Part shown: positions 9,529-19,050 of the stretch, piece by piece | How the letters are laid out: each line of letters begins with the position of its first letter | Position numbering within the stretch: the stretch's first letter is position 1 | IMG/VR virus record: IMGVR_UViG_3300044972_001024 | DNA: 64,000 bases | Source: an uncultured virus (IMG/VR IMGVR_UViG_3300044972_001024) | Taxonomy: Duplodnaviria > Heunggongvirae > Uroviricota > Caudoviricetes | Strand: one strand, 5' to 3' | Translations under genes and position numbers: made by a program | Notes under the pieces: model-generated | Databases searched by the model: none | What the model was told of the DNA's origin: nothing | The model's input: only the letters and a program-made list of their open reading frames with translations

Positions 9529-9969
9529 TTATGCTCTTTCTTTTTTCAATATACTACTAATCATCCAACGTTTTTTAGAATACAAATCTTGTAAATCGGC
9601 CATGAAATTGGAAATGCCCTGTTCTTTCATCTCAGTGGCAACATCAAATATCTGCTTAACTAACTCAATCATTTGCTCAGTATTGGTTAGCAGTTCAGCA
9701 AACATGAGTTCGGCACGAGGAATTTTAGTCTGTTCTTCAATGATGCTTAACTCTAACATTCTAGCCAAATTAACTGGAGTATAAGAATCTAATGATCTGA
9801 TATATTCTCCAATAGTATCAATAGTTTCATATGTATCTTCATAGAAAGATTTTAAGAATTTATGATATTGTGGGAAACTTGGCCCTTCAACATTAAAATG
9901 AAAGGTATGTATTTTTGTATATAATACAAATGTACTTCCAAGTAATACTTTTAAATCGTCAGATAACAT
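9529..9969 (-). CDS. dps: Dps/ferritin-like protein
   Basis: HTFHFNVEGPSFPQYH, D.IGEYIR, K.RWM. Confidence 0.9.
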   Translation of the reverse strand: MLSDDLKVLLGSTFVLYTKIHTFHFNVEGPSFPQYHKFLKSFYEDTYETIDTIGEYIRSLDSYTPVNLARMLELSIIEEQTKIPRAELMFAELLTNTEQMIELVKQIFDVATEMKEQGISNFMADLQDLYSKKRWMISSILKKERA

Positions 9970-12287
9970 TATTTCTTCCCATGTTTTTTATTGTAGTCTG
10001 CCCAGGCAGTTGCGTATAAAATATTTGTTCCTTTTTTATCGCCATATTCTTTTTTGAATCTGTCTTTGTTTGATTTAATCCAATCTTCTTTGCCAGGTGG
10101 AGCAACTTCATCTAGATCACCATAGTTAGAGGTTTCTTTAATCTGTTCAACTGCCATTAGATTTTTAACAAACTTAACAGATAGAATATTTGAACCTGGT
10201 ACATGTTTTTCAATTATATCTTTGGCTTGTTGTTCTGTTTCTGCTTTAACATTAAAAGCTTTAACATTAGAATCTTCATCTTGAATTTTTATTTTAAATA
10301 TTTTCTTCATTGCACCAGCGGTTGGCCCAAAATATTTGTCTTTCCAAGGGTCGTGAGACCAATTGTTTTCTGTCACATCTTTCTTTTTTATAAATGATGG
10401 TTTTTCTGGATAAATTGTACCTAATTTTTTACCACCATTCTTTATAACATGTTCGCGACCGTTTGAATTGCTAGTATGAACTACATCAAATCTACCACTG
10501 GGTAAAGACCATATTTCAATGCCGTCGAGCCAATCACGAAATGATTTTACTTTTTCTTTAGCGTATTCAATTGCTGTCTTTTTCGAAGAGTATTGACCTT
10601 GATACTCGCCTTCTGTGACATCTTCTTTTCCTGATAATTCAGCAGATTGCTTGAGTGCTTGCTGATACATTTGACTTTCCTTGTCTTTTCCAAGAGATGT
10701 TAGTTTTGATTTTACTGCAGAACTAAGATCAGCAAATTTGGGATTTGCATTGTTCAGCGACTGATAGTTCAGTATCTCTCCAACTACACGATCCACAAAA
10801 GTACCCCCGGTGTCTTTATAGCTGTGGGCCGCATCTTGCTCGGGCAATACAGGATCTACATGTTTACCCAATCGACTACGAATGTGATCTTTCTTGTCTT
10901 GAGTGGGAATAAGTTGTTGAACAGCACGTTTTCTGTCGCCTGGTTTCCAATCTTGAGGAGGATTGATTTTGTATGGTCGTCCTTTTTGTATTCCAAAAGT
11001 TTCAATATCGCTCTTTGGAAGTTTGGATCCAATTCCAATCACTGATTCCTCAGACATCTCGGATCGCAAATCATCTGCGCTCCAACTGATGTAAGATCGA
11101 CCATCGTCGTCTCCAGACATAACAACAAATACTCCAGGCTCATCGTCATAACCTTCGTCCTGTCCAATTTCCCAACCGGCTGCTGCCAATAACTGTTCTA
11201 CTCGGGGATCTTCGTCACCGTTAAACCATTGTGAGGCCAACTTACGCAATATGTCTTCATCAAATTCGCCGTCATCGCCACCGTCTCCATCACTAGGGGC
11301 GAATTCTTTTAGACGTTCCTTCATACCTTCTTTTGGAACACAATTAGGTACAGTCTTGCCTGCCTTCTTCTTTGTACCCACAGGCTTGTAGCCTTTCCAG
11401 CAGGGATTATCTTTAGGATCTTCTAGTCCCTCATTGATAGTAGCTAGTTGTTGTACACTTAATTGTTGTTCTGTACTTTCTTCAACACTTTCATCATAAT
11501 GATTTGGTTGTGCTTCACGTTCATCTTTACCGTGTTGCCACTCATTATATTCTTTAGTACCTTTAGAATATGGATTAGCATCATCGTATCTAGCACGCCA
11601 ACCTTTTTCAAAAGGATCATTTTTATCTGGGCCAATACTTTTATTATCTTCTCTCATAGCACCAGTACTTGGTTCAGTTTTTGATTGAATTCCACGATCT
11701 GATGATTTCTTACCTAGGTCACGATCTAAACCTTTCATAAACAAATCAAGTCTACGAGCCAATTCTTTGGCTAACAATTGTTCTTCTGAAATGTTTTCTT
11801 CTGCTAATTTTAATTGACGTTGACCAGAACCACAATCAAGTTCATTGACCTTTTTACTACGTATAATAGCCTTATCAATACCGTTGAATTCAGTATATCC
11901 ATTTTTACGTGTAGTTTTAACTGAAGCCAATCGTCTACCTAAATCTGCCAATTGTTCTTTAGTCCAGTTTTCATTATTATGACGAGCAGCCATTTTCTTT
12001 AATCCGCTCTGTACGGCTGGAGTATCCATTTCATTACGTTCTTCACTTTTGGATTCTGCCACTTTCTTAGATTTCTTCTTGTCACGTTGTTCAGCGCCAG
12101 CCAATACACTGTTTTTCCACAGTCCAAACTCTTTAGCTTTGGGAGCATCTGGCGCTTTTGTACCATCATCTGAATCTTCTTCTTGAACTCTACGTTGAGT
12201 ACCAAGACCAACTGCTGGGCCTGCAGCAATTGAACCACTAACAGTGGTTTCATTCATAATATCCAGTAATTTCTTCATGTTTGACAT
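9969..12287 (-). CDS. Mosaic, highly charged 772-aa protein (putative internal head polyprotein)
   Basis: Short unrelated modules separated by hydrophobic-X-E sites; ATAAATA upstream at 12310-12316. Confidence 0.6.
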   Translation of the reverse strand: MSNMKKLLDIMNETTVSGSIAAGPAVGLGTQRRVQEEDSDDGTKAPDAPKAKEFGLWKNSVLAGAEQRDKKKSKKVAESKSEERNEMDTPAVQSGLKKMAARHNNENWTKEQLADLGRRLASVKTTRKNGYTEFNGIDKAIIRSKKVNELDCGSGQRQLKLAEENISEEQLLAKELARRLDLFMKGLDRDLGKKSSDRGIQSKTEPSTGAMREDNKSIGPDKNDPFEKGWRARYDDANPYSKGTKEYNEWQHGKDEREAQPNHYDESVEESTEQQLSVQQLATINEGLEDPKDNPCWKGYKPVGTKKKAGKTVPNCVPKEGMKERLKEFAPSDGDGGDDGEFDEDILRKLASQWFNGDEDPRVEQLLAAAGWEIGQDEGYDDEPGVFVVMSGDDDGRSYISWSADDLRSEMSEESVIGIGSKLPKSDIETFGIQKGRPYKINPPQDWKPGDRKRAVQQLIPTQDKKDHIRSRLGKHVDPVLPEQDAAHSYKDTGGTFVDRVVGEILNYQSLNNANPKFADLSSAVKSKLTSLGKDKESQMYQQALKQSAELSGKEDVTEGEYQGQYSSKKTAIEYAKEKVKSFRDWLDGIEIWSLPSGRFDVVHTSNSNGREHVIKNGGKKLGTIYPEKPSFIKKKDVTENNWSHDPWKDKYFGPTAGAMKKIFKIKIQDEDSNVKAFNVKAETEQQAKDIIEKHVPGSNILSVKFVKNLMAVEQIKETSNYGDLDEVAPPGKEDWIKSNKDRFKKEYGDKKGTNILYATAWADYNKKHGKK

Positions 12288-12357
12288 TGTAATAATCCAA
12301 GTAATACTGTATTTATCTATCTCAAAATAAAAACTTGATTAAATTACTAGACAAAAA

Positions 12358-14103
12358 TTATGGAACCAATGCTATTTGACTGACAGCCAAGATAATACTT
12401 GGTGATGTTGGTACTGTAGTGCTAATTTTTGGTATTGAGATTAACGCACTGGTACCAAGGCGTGTGTACCACTTGACAGTTAATACTTGACCAGCAGTGA
12501 ATGCATAATACAATGTCACGGTTATGATAACGGTTCCAGGTTTACCAGCATGTGGTAGAAAAATAGTGGCATAGCTAGCAGTTTGAGGTACGTTAACTCC
12601 ATCAACAGCAATCCAAACTGCTACGTCATCATATGCATTTCCAAAGTTAGCCGCTTGTATACTGAAAGTGATATTATAAGTACCGGCATTTACTATAGTT
12701 ACTTGTCCAGTAGCATCATTTAAAGTAACTCCATTACTTAATTGGGTTATGTCTATCAACGCTATCTCTGCTACTCCAGCGGCTCCATCTTGAGCAAATC
12801 CAATTGATGCACCAGGATCATGTGCTGCTTTAGTACTGCTTGATACTCCACGAGTAATTCCGGTAAATGTATTACCTACAATTCCAGTATATCTTATAAG
12901 TTCTGATTCTATGTTAAGATATCCTGCCGATCTGAATCCCGCTGTACTCACCACCACTATAGGAGCAGTGCTATTAGTATTCATGGCATCTACTAACGTA
13001 GTATCAGAATCGGAGAAGAACGATCCATAATATAGACCCAATACGACTGGACCAGTAGCCCCTGTAAGACCAGTGGAACCAGTTGCGCCTGCACCCGTAC
13101 TTCCTATAAATCCAGTAGCACCCGTACTTCCTATAAATCCAGTAGCACCAGTTGATCCAGTAGCACCAGTAAATCCAGTAGCACCCGTACTTCCTATAAA
13201 TCCAGTAGCACCCGTACTTCCAGTAGCGCCAGTAAATCCAGTGGAACCAGTAAATCCAGTGGAACCAGTAAATCCAGTGGAACCAGTAAATCCAGTGGCA
13301 CCTGTACTTCCAGTAGCACCTGTACTTCCAGTAGCACCAGTAGCGCCGGTAAACCCAGTTGAACCTGTGAAACCAGTTGAACCTGTGAAACCAGTAGCAC
13401 CAGTACTTCCAGTAGCACCAGTAAACCCAGTAGCGCCAGCAATACCAACAGCACCATTAAGATTAATAGTCCATAATGAATAAGACCCTTCGCCAACAAT
13501 GTTATTAACATCTACTATCATGGCGCCTGTTACATAATCATACGATACTACCATACCTATCATATGATTACTCAAATCATATGCAATAATTACATCTTGA
13601 GCGGGTGTATAACCTAATCCAGTTCCGGCAGTAAATGACTGAAGTCCAGTTGATATTGTAAGTGTATTACTACTAGTAGTTGAAAAACGATCACCAGGAA
13701 GACCAGTTGCACCACTAGCGCCAGTAGCACCAGCACCAGTGGCCCCATCAAACCCAGTTGCGCCTGTTGATCCAGTAAATCCAGTAGCACCAGTTGATCC
13801 AGTAAATCCAGTAGCACCAGTTGATCCAATGAACCCAGTTGAACCAGTAACTCCAGTAGCACCACTTCCAGTAGCACCAGTACTTCCAGTAAATCCAGTA
13901 GCACCAGTACTTCCAGTAAATCCTTTTGGCCCAGTAGCACCAATACTACCTACTCCACCTACAGGTAATAAATATCCATTCTCATCACCAACCCATACAC
14001 TATGATTATCTAAATCAATAACAATCTCACCATTTCTAGCCTGACCATCATATTCAGCTTTAGATAATTTTGTATATTTGTTGTCATCTCTACGAATTGT
14101 CAT
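12358..14103 (-). CDS. Collagen-like (Gly-X-Thr) fibre protein with C-terminal BclA-C/C1q-like domain
   Basis: Two long GAT/GFT/GST triplet tracts; beta-rich C-terminus ([11 protein letters not shown]). Confidence 0.85.
   Translation of the reverse strand: MTIRRDDNKYTKLSKAEYDGQARNGEIVIDLDNHSVWVGDENGYLLPVGGVGSIGATGPKGFTGSTGATGFTGSTGATGSGATGVTGSTGFIGSTGATGFTGSTGATGFTGSTGATGFDGATGAGATGASGATGLPGDRFSTTSSNTLTISTGLQSFTAGTGLGYTPAQDVIIAYDLSNHMIGMVVSYDYVTGAMIVDVNNIVGEGSYSLWTINLNGAVGIAGATGFTGATGSTGATGFTGSTGFTGSTGFTGATGATGSTGATGSTGATGFTGSTGFTGSTGFTGSTGFTGATGSTGATGFIGSTGATGFTGATGSTGATGFIGSTGATGFIGSTGAGATGSTGLTGATGPVVLGLYYGSFFSDSDTTLVDAMNTNSTAPIVVVSTAGFRSAGYLNIESELIRYTGIVGNTFTGITRGVSSSTKAAHDPGASIGFAQDGAAGVAEIALIDITQLSNGVTLNDATGQVTIVNAGTYNITFSIQAANFGNAYDDVAVWIAVDGVNVPQTASYATIFLPHAGKPGTVIITVTLYYAFTAGQVLTVKWYTRLGTSALISIPKISTTVPTSPSIILAVSQIALVP
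13045..13945. repeat. 9/18/27-bp tandem coding repeats (collagen tracts)
   Basis: ccagtagca, ccagtaaat, ccagtggaa units at about 13045-13445 and 13690-13945. Confidence 0.9.
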
Positions 14104-14115
14104 GATTTACCTCAG

Positions 14116-14550
14116 TTATTTTATTGTTATTTCATTAATGGCATCACGTATATGTTTAGAAATTGATACAGATTCGTAAATTTCTTCATGTTCAGCACCA
14201 TAATCTCTCATCATTCGTCCAGCGATAGCATTAGCCTCGTCTTCAATTGATTGTGTTTGTTCTTTATTCATTCCATCATAAGCCGTACCAATTTCAAATT
14301 GTTTATGATGAATCAATTCATGACATAATGTTCGCATTGTATCAGCCGTGTTTCTATTGACAATATGTACCCATATTTGACCATCACTATTAGTACTTCC
14401 AAATGTTCTTTTTTGTTTTACATCAGATAAATCAGTACCAAACTTGACAGTAGGCATATTTTCAATGTCTAAACGATCACATGCCCAAGAAATAAATTTC
14501 TTAAGATCGTCTATCTTACTCTTTGATTGTTCAATTTCATTTAATCTCAT
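14116..14550 (-). CDS. HExxH zinc metallopeptidase-like protein
   Basis: TLCHELIHHKQ...EDEANA; N-term MRLNEI. Confidence 0.7.
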   Translation of the reverse strand: MRLNEIEQSKSKIDDLKKFISWACDRLDIENMPTVKFGTDLSDVKQKRTFGSTNSDGQIWVHIVNRNTADTMRTLCHELIHHKQFEIGTAYDGMNKEQTQSIEDEANAIAGRMMRDYGAEHEEIYESVSISKHIRDAINEITIK

Positions 14551-14556
14551 AAAGAG

Positions 14557-14583
14557 TATTTATCTTAATACTATCCATAAATA
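14557..14583. promoter_or_regulatory. Divergent T4-late-like promoters (ATAAATA)
   Basis: ATAAATA on minus strand at 14557-14563 and on plus strand at 14577-14583; same motif precedes many other genes. Confidence 0.55.
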
Positions 14584-14607
14584 AGACATAATAATAAGAA
14601 GAAATCT

Positions 14608-15408
14608 ATGAAAAAATATTTAATCATATTAACAATGTTGATGTCAACTAACGTATTTGCATGGAATCAACGTGTCCCAGAACCAGTTCAAAACTGTATT
14701 GCACATACACCATATGGATTCCCACAAACTTCTGGGGTTCAATCCATTTGTCGTCAAGGATACTTTGTTGGATATGATGCCACATCAAAATTACCAAAAT
14801 ATGTTACATATACTTTACATCCACAAAATGCTCTTGGTTGTGTGGTCAGAAGCGATGCTTTTGTCGCTGATAAAAGTGTTGCTAATGGTGCTACACCAAA
14901 CGATTATGTGAGTACTGGGTATGATAAGGGTCATGCTGTGCCAAATGGAGATCAAAGTTGGGATCAACAAGTAGAATATGAAAGTTTCTTAATGACTAAT
15001 ATGATACCACAAGCAGGATCATTAAATCGTGGTATTTGGAAATTGTTGGAAACTAGTATTCGAGGATGGGTCGTTCAATATAATAGACCATTTGTTATCT
15101 ATGTTGGGGGAATTTATAATGCAACCAATAAAAAAATTGGCAATAATGTAATTGTTCCACACGCCTACTATAAAATAGTAATTGACAATAACACAGGATC
15201 CGTAGCAGGATGGTTATTCCCGCATACAGCGCCTTATCCTAACTTGGGTAATGATTTAACTAAATTTCGTGTCCCAGTTTCAGAAATTATGAAATTATCT
15301 GGAGTTGTTTACTTTTTTCCATCAAATGCAAATGAATTACCCGCTGGTGGGGAATGGAAGGTTGATTTTGGTAAGTTAACTCAATCTAAAAGAGATAAAT
15401 GTAGATAA
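14608..15408 (+). CDS. DNA/RNA non-specific endonuclease (NucA/EndoG family) with signal peptide
   Basis: GYDKGH, ESFLMTNMIPQ, LNRGIWKLLE, VPHAYYK; Sec signal ending VFA. Confidence 0.9.
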   Translation: MKKYLIILTMLMSTNVFAWNQRVPEPVQNCIAHTPYGFPQTSGVQSICRQGYFVGYDATSKLPKYVTYTLHPQNALGCVVRSDAFVADKSVANGATPNDYVSTGYDKGHAVPNGDQSWDQQVEYESFLMTNMIPQAGSLNRGIWKLLETSIRGWVVQYNRPFVIYVGGIYNATNKKIGNNVIVPHAYYKIVIDNNTGSVAGWLFPHTAPYPNLGNDLTKFRVPVSEIMKLSGVVYFFPSNANELPAGGEWKVDFGKLTQSKRDKCR

Positions 15409-16374
15409 TTATATATTATTTTTCCAATATGAACTATTAGTAATCCAGTGATGATACAAAGAAAACCCATTATCAATATCAATCACTGGATTAAATCCAA
15501 AATCTTTCTTAGCCGCATCAATATTTAATGAACCACGACTTGGAAATGAATGATCTCGTTCTATTAGATTTACTGTACCTTTACCAGCAATTTTAACTAT
15601 CAATTCTGCTGCCTCTAATAAAGATATTGATTTACTTCTAGTTATATTATATGTTTTATTTTCAGTATTGTTACTTAATGTAGCGGCTACAATTCCATCT
15701 ACTACATCTTGAACATAAGTAAAATCCAATCGTTCATTTTCTCCACGAACTTCAAGAGTTTCATCTCTCAAAGCCGCTAACATGAACTTACTAATTACAC
15801 GATCTTCAACATCTAATTCACCATATACAGCACTTGGTCTAATAATAGTATGATTTAGTAGATTTCGTCTACTATAATCTTGAACAAGTTTTTCTCCCAT
15901 GTATTTCATTATGGCATATTGGCCCATGGGATCACAAATGGCATCTTCTTTAACATCGTCATTAAAGTTGCCGTATATCATACTACTACTGATATAAACA
16001 AATTTTGACACTTGATGATTGACTGATAGTTCTAGAATGTTAAGTAGTCCTTCACACATAACTCTACTACCCTGTTGTGGATTTTTATTAACTATTTTTT
16101 GTCGAGGAAAACTGGCTAAGTGTACAATAGTATCTGGTTGAAACATATCAAATACATATCTTAATACTTCGCTTTCTATATCAATTAGATGTGTAATGAC
16201 AGAAGATGGGATTTTCTTTTTACGCTCTGACATAATGTATTGAATTTCATCATATGAAATTACTCCATAATCAGTTTCGTTATCAACAATTCGTACATTA
16301 TGTCCTTTTGATGATAATTGTGCAGCAACATTATGTCCAATAAATCCACACCCACCAGTTATTAATATTTTCAT
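15409..16374 (-). CDS. NAD-dependent nucleotide-sugar epimerase/dehydratase
   Basis: ITGGCGFIG, HLAS, YISSS, YAIMK (YxxxK), DFTYVQD. Confidence 0.92.
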   Translation of the reverse strand: MKILITGGCGFIGHNVAAQLSSKGHNVRIVDNETDYGVISYDEIQYIMSERKKKIPSSVITHLIDIESEVLRYVFDMFQPDTIVHLASFPRQKIVNKNPQQGSRVMCEGLLNILELSVNHQVSKFVYISSSMIYGNFNDDVKEDAICDPMGQYAIMKYMGEKLVQDYSRRNLLNHTIIRPSAVYGELDVEDRVISKFMLAALRDETLEVRGENERLDFTYVQDVVDGIVAATLSNNTENKTYNITRSKSISLLEAAELIVKIAGKGTVNLIERDHSFPSRGSLNIDAAKKDFGFNPVIDIDNGFSLYHHWITNSSYWKNNI

Positions 16375-17045
16375 AGATCAGATATTAATGGAAATACTTT
16401 AGCAATAATTTTGGCACATTCAAGTGCAATTTCTCTATGTTCAAGTTGTGTGCTTTCATCGGCTCTAACATCAATATAATGAATCCAACTACGTAAAGTA
16501 CCATTAACATACAATCTACTCATAGTTAATCCTTCAGGTAACACAGAACGTGCTTGTTCTTTGGCAATACCTTTTGATATTGCCCAGACATATAAATCCT
16601 GTGCTTGTCTAGTAAGATTTAATTGACCCTGTTCCCATTGATAGGCAATGCGACGTTGATCATCGTTAGTCATATCTAGTGCAATACTATTTTGACGATT
16701 TTTTGTATCTTGAAGTCTGGCTTCACGAACAACAAAACTTAAATCTTTTGTTGGATCAGCATAACGTTGTGAAAATTCTTGAAATGAAAAACTACGATGC
16801 CGTAATAATTGACGACCAATATCTCTAGTGGTTTCTACTTCTAAACATACTGAAACCATTTCCATTGGAGACCAATGTTTATGTTTGATAAGATACTTAA
16901 TCAACTTTTCACTTGTTTCAGTGTTCATTTGATTACTTGGATTGGATACTCTAGCGCAAAATGCAACCAAGTCTTGAGCGTCTTTTAAGCCTTCTTCTAA
17001 GACTTCTTGACTTGGTTGTGAATAACTAATTAATTTTACTTTCAT
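16371..17045 (-). CDS. thyX: FAD-dependent thymidylate synthase
   Basis: HWSPMEM, RQLLRHRSFSFQEFSQRY, KEQARSVLP, TQLEHR. Confidence 0.96.
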   Translation of the reverse strand: MKVKLISYSQPSQEVLEEGLKDAQDLVAFCARVSNPSNQMNTETSEKLIKYLIKHKHWSPMEMVSVCLEVETTRDIGRQLLRHRSFSFQEFSQRYADPTKDLSFVVREARLQDTKNRQNSIALDMTNDDQRRIAYQWEQGQLNLTRQAQDLYVWAISKGIAKEQARSVLPEGLTMSRLYVNGTLRSWIHYIDVRADESTQLEHREIALECAKIIAKVFPLISDL

Positions 17046-17064
17046 TAATGTTCTCTAAAATTAG

Positions 17065-17093
17065 AGTATGACATACTGTTTTCAATATGTCAA
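17065..17093 (-). promoter_or_regulatory. sigma70-type promoter
   Basis: TTGACA-17bp-CATACT upstream of thyX. Confidence 0.65.
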
Positions 17094-17096
17094 CTT

Positions 17097-17396
17097 TTAC
17101 TTGACCGATTTTAATAGATCATCAATTTCAGGTTGAACAATTTCTGCAATACCTTCAATGTCCAATACAAATTCTATTCCAATCATTTCATCATCATATT
17201 CATCCAATTTACGACTAATAGCTTGTTCAATCTCATCACTTTCTAAACCTTGATTGAACAGAGATTTAATGTTTATTGTTCGTTGGCGTCTTCCGTTCAA
17301 CTTGATAACTAGTTTTTTAATAAACTCTAATGGTATCTTTGTTTTTTCAACACTGTCTACAATATGTTCCCACTTTGCGAAGACTTCGGGCGACAT
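17097..17396 (-). CDS. Hypothetical protein
   Basis: 99-aa ORF in operon context. Confidence 0.75.
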   Translation of the reverse strand: MSPEVFAKWEHIVDSVEKTKIPLEFIKKLVIKLNGRRQRTINIKSLFNQGLESDEIEQAISRKLDEYDDEMIGIEFVLDIEGIAEIVQPEIDDLLKSVK

Positions 17397-17402
17397 TGAT
17401 TA

Positions 17403-18137
17403 TTATCCTGTTACAGTTGCCTTACGTGGGCGTCCTGCCTTTTTAACTGTAGCGGATTCCAAGATTTGTTGAGGTGTTAATTCAACAGTTGCCTTTTTAG
17501 TAGTCTTTTTAGCTTTTGGTTGTACTGGATTCAATGATGGATCCATACCGTATGCTTCTTGTGCCAATCTTTCACTTTCGGCCAATAAACCACGAGCTTC
17601 AGCGGCCATTTTTTGAGCCTGTTGAAGACGTTGTTGAGCCAAATCTGTATCACCATATACATCTGGACTTGTCGCAGTTACCGCTGGTTTTGTACTGTCG
17701 CGCATTCTACGAGCAATATCTTTTGGATCTTGTAATCCACGACTATCATCGATTTCACGTAAACGTTTAACTGCCTCTTCACCCTTGGACATTTCATTTA
17801 AAATGTTGTTAAGTTCACTTAATTTAATTGCTTGATTTGGAGCAGGTGTCATTAAGACTTGAGCGGTTTGAACTTTTTTCATCATTCCTTCATGATGCAA
17901 AACTTGTAATAAAATTTTACCATCACGAGTATAATTCTTATTTAATGCCTCGGCAAGATTATCCTCTCGTTGAGCAGATTCACTGTCAATACATGAAATT
18001 AATGGGTCATGAATATTTTGATTAAGTAACTCCGTATATACGACCAGAGCCATATGTTCTTCACCGGGAATTTGTCTAAAAACAACAGCAACTTTACGAT
18101 CCCCTATTTTTCCAACGTGTTTGATAAATTTTGCCAC
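17403..18137 (-). CDS. Hypothetical protein with basic K/A/T-rich tail
   Basis: 244 aa, GTG start with AGGAG SD, CTAAATA upstream. Confidence 0.75.
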   Translation of the reverse strand: MAKFIKHVGKIGDRKVAVVFRQIPGEEHMALVVYTELLNQNIHDPLISCIDSESAQREDNLAEALNKNYTRDGKILLQVLHHEGMMKKVQTAQVLMTPAPNQAIKLSELNNILNEMSKGEEAVKRLREIDDSRGLQDPKDIARRMRDSTKPAVTATSPDVYGDTDLAQQRLQQAQKMAAEARGLLAESERLAQEAYGMDPSLNPVQPKAKKTTKKATVELTPQQILESATVKKAGRPRKATVTG

Positions 18138-18199
18138 GATACTCTCCTAAAAATGAGTTATTAATAATATTTAGTAGTGAGATACGTTGACGATTTTTT

Positions 18200-19033
18200 T
18201 TATTTTATAACATCAGAATTAAACAAACTTCTAATAGTAATACTATTATATTGATTAAAGGCGTTAACAACCTCAGTATAGTCACCGATATTATTTTTTA
18301 TCATCAATTTTTTACGTGAGCAACCGCTATAAAATTTCTCTTTTGTTAACACCTCATCTCCGTCAATTGCTCGGATACTAAATGCCACTCTGTCTACGCT
18401 TGATTTCTGAGTACGATGAATTACGTCTCCTTTTAGTAATAGCAAATCACCTGGCATAACAGATGGTGTCACACCATATTCGTTGATGTCAAAATCTAAT
18501 ATGATCTCATCTCCAGTTTCATCGTCGTACAATACGGTTTTTCTCTGTTGTACTCGCAGTCTTTTTGCCCCATTGTTTAATATTCGTTCTTCAAATACAT
18601 CTGGCGCAAGACTTTGAAAAACATCATGAGGTATAATTGTAAGACCGCTAGTTGTACTCGTTGACTTAACCACCGGAAACCAAAAATTCAGCACACTATT
18701 AGTGTGCTGATACTTATAATATGTTTCATGATCTATGTGCCAGTCAAAATTTATCAACGATGAATCAAAATACGTAATACGTTTTGAAAAAAACATATCA
18801 GTTTTAAGATTGGTTAATTTGGAAATGTTATACAAGTGTTCTTTTAATTGATTGTATAAATTATCTTTAATAGTTCCAAGTAATAATTTGTAGTTTTTGT
18901 TTGAGGCACCTTCTGATTCAAATCTCTGTTTGATAGATTTATAATCATTTCGTATCCATTCTAAATCTTCAATATTCAGAATATTGGAAATAACAAGATA
19001 TCCTTTAGTATTAAGAGTTGAATAATCTATCAT
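18200..19033 (-). CDS. Phytanoyl-CoA dioxygenase-like 2OG-Fe(II) oxygenase
   Basis: WHIDHE, LNFWFPV, PGDLLL, HRT, RVAFSIR; TATAAATA 8 nt upstream of ATG 19033. Confidence 0.75.
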   Translation of the reverse strand: MIDYSTLNTKGYLVISNILNIEDLEWIRNDYKSIKQRFESEGASNKNYKLLLGTIKDNLYNQLKEHLYNISKLTNLKTDMFFSKRITYFDSSLINFDWHIDHETYYKYQHTNSVLNFWFPVVKSTSTTSGLTIIPHDVFQSLAPDVFEERILNNGAKRLRVQQRKTVLYDDETGDEIILDFDINEYGVTPSVMPGDLLLLKGDVIHRTQKSSVDRVAFSIRAIDGDEVLTKEKFYSGCSRKKLMIKNNIGDYTEVVNAFNQYNSITIRSLFNSDVIK

Positions 19034-19050
19034 AGTAATAGTATTTATAA

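Noticed and set aside
13045..13945. Possible CRISPR array
   Set aside because: Contiguous in-frame 9-27 bp coding repeats without unique spacers; no cas genes
13073..14005. Pro/Val-rich plus-strand and Leu-rich alternate-frame ORFs over the collagen gene
   Set aside because: Shadow frames of the GXT repeats; no SD or promoter
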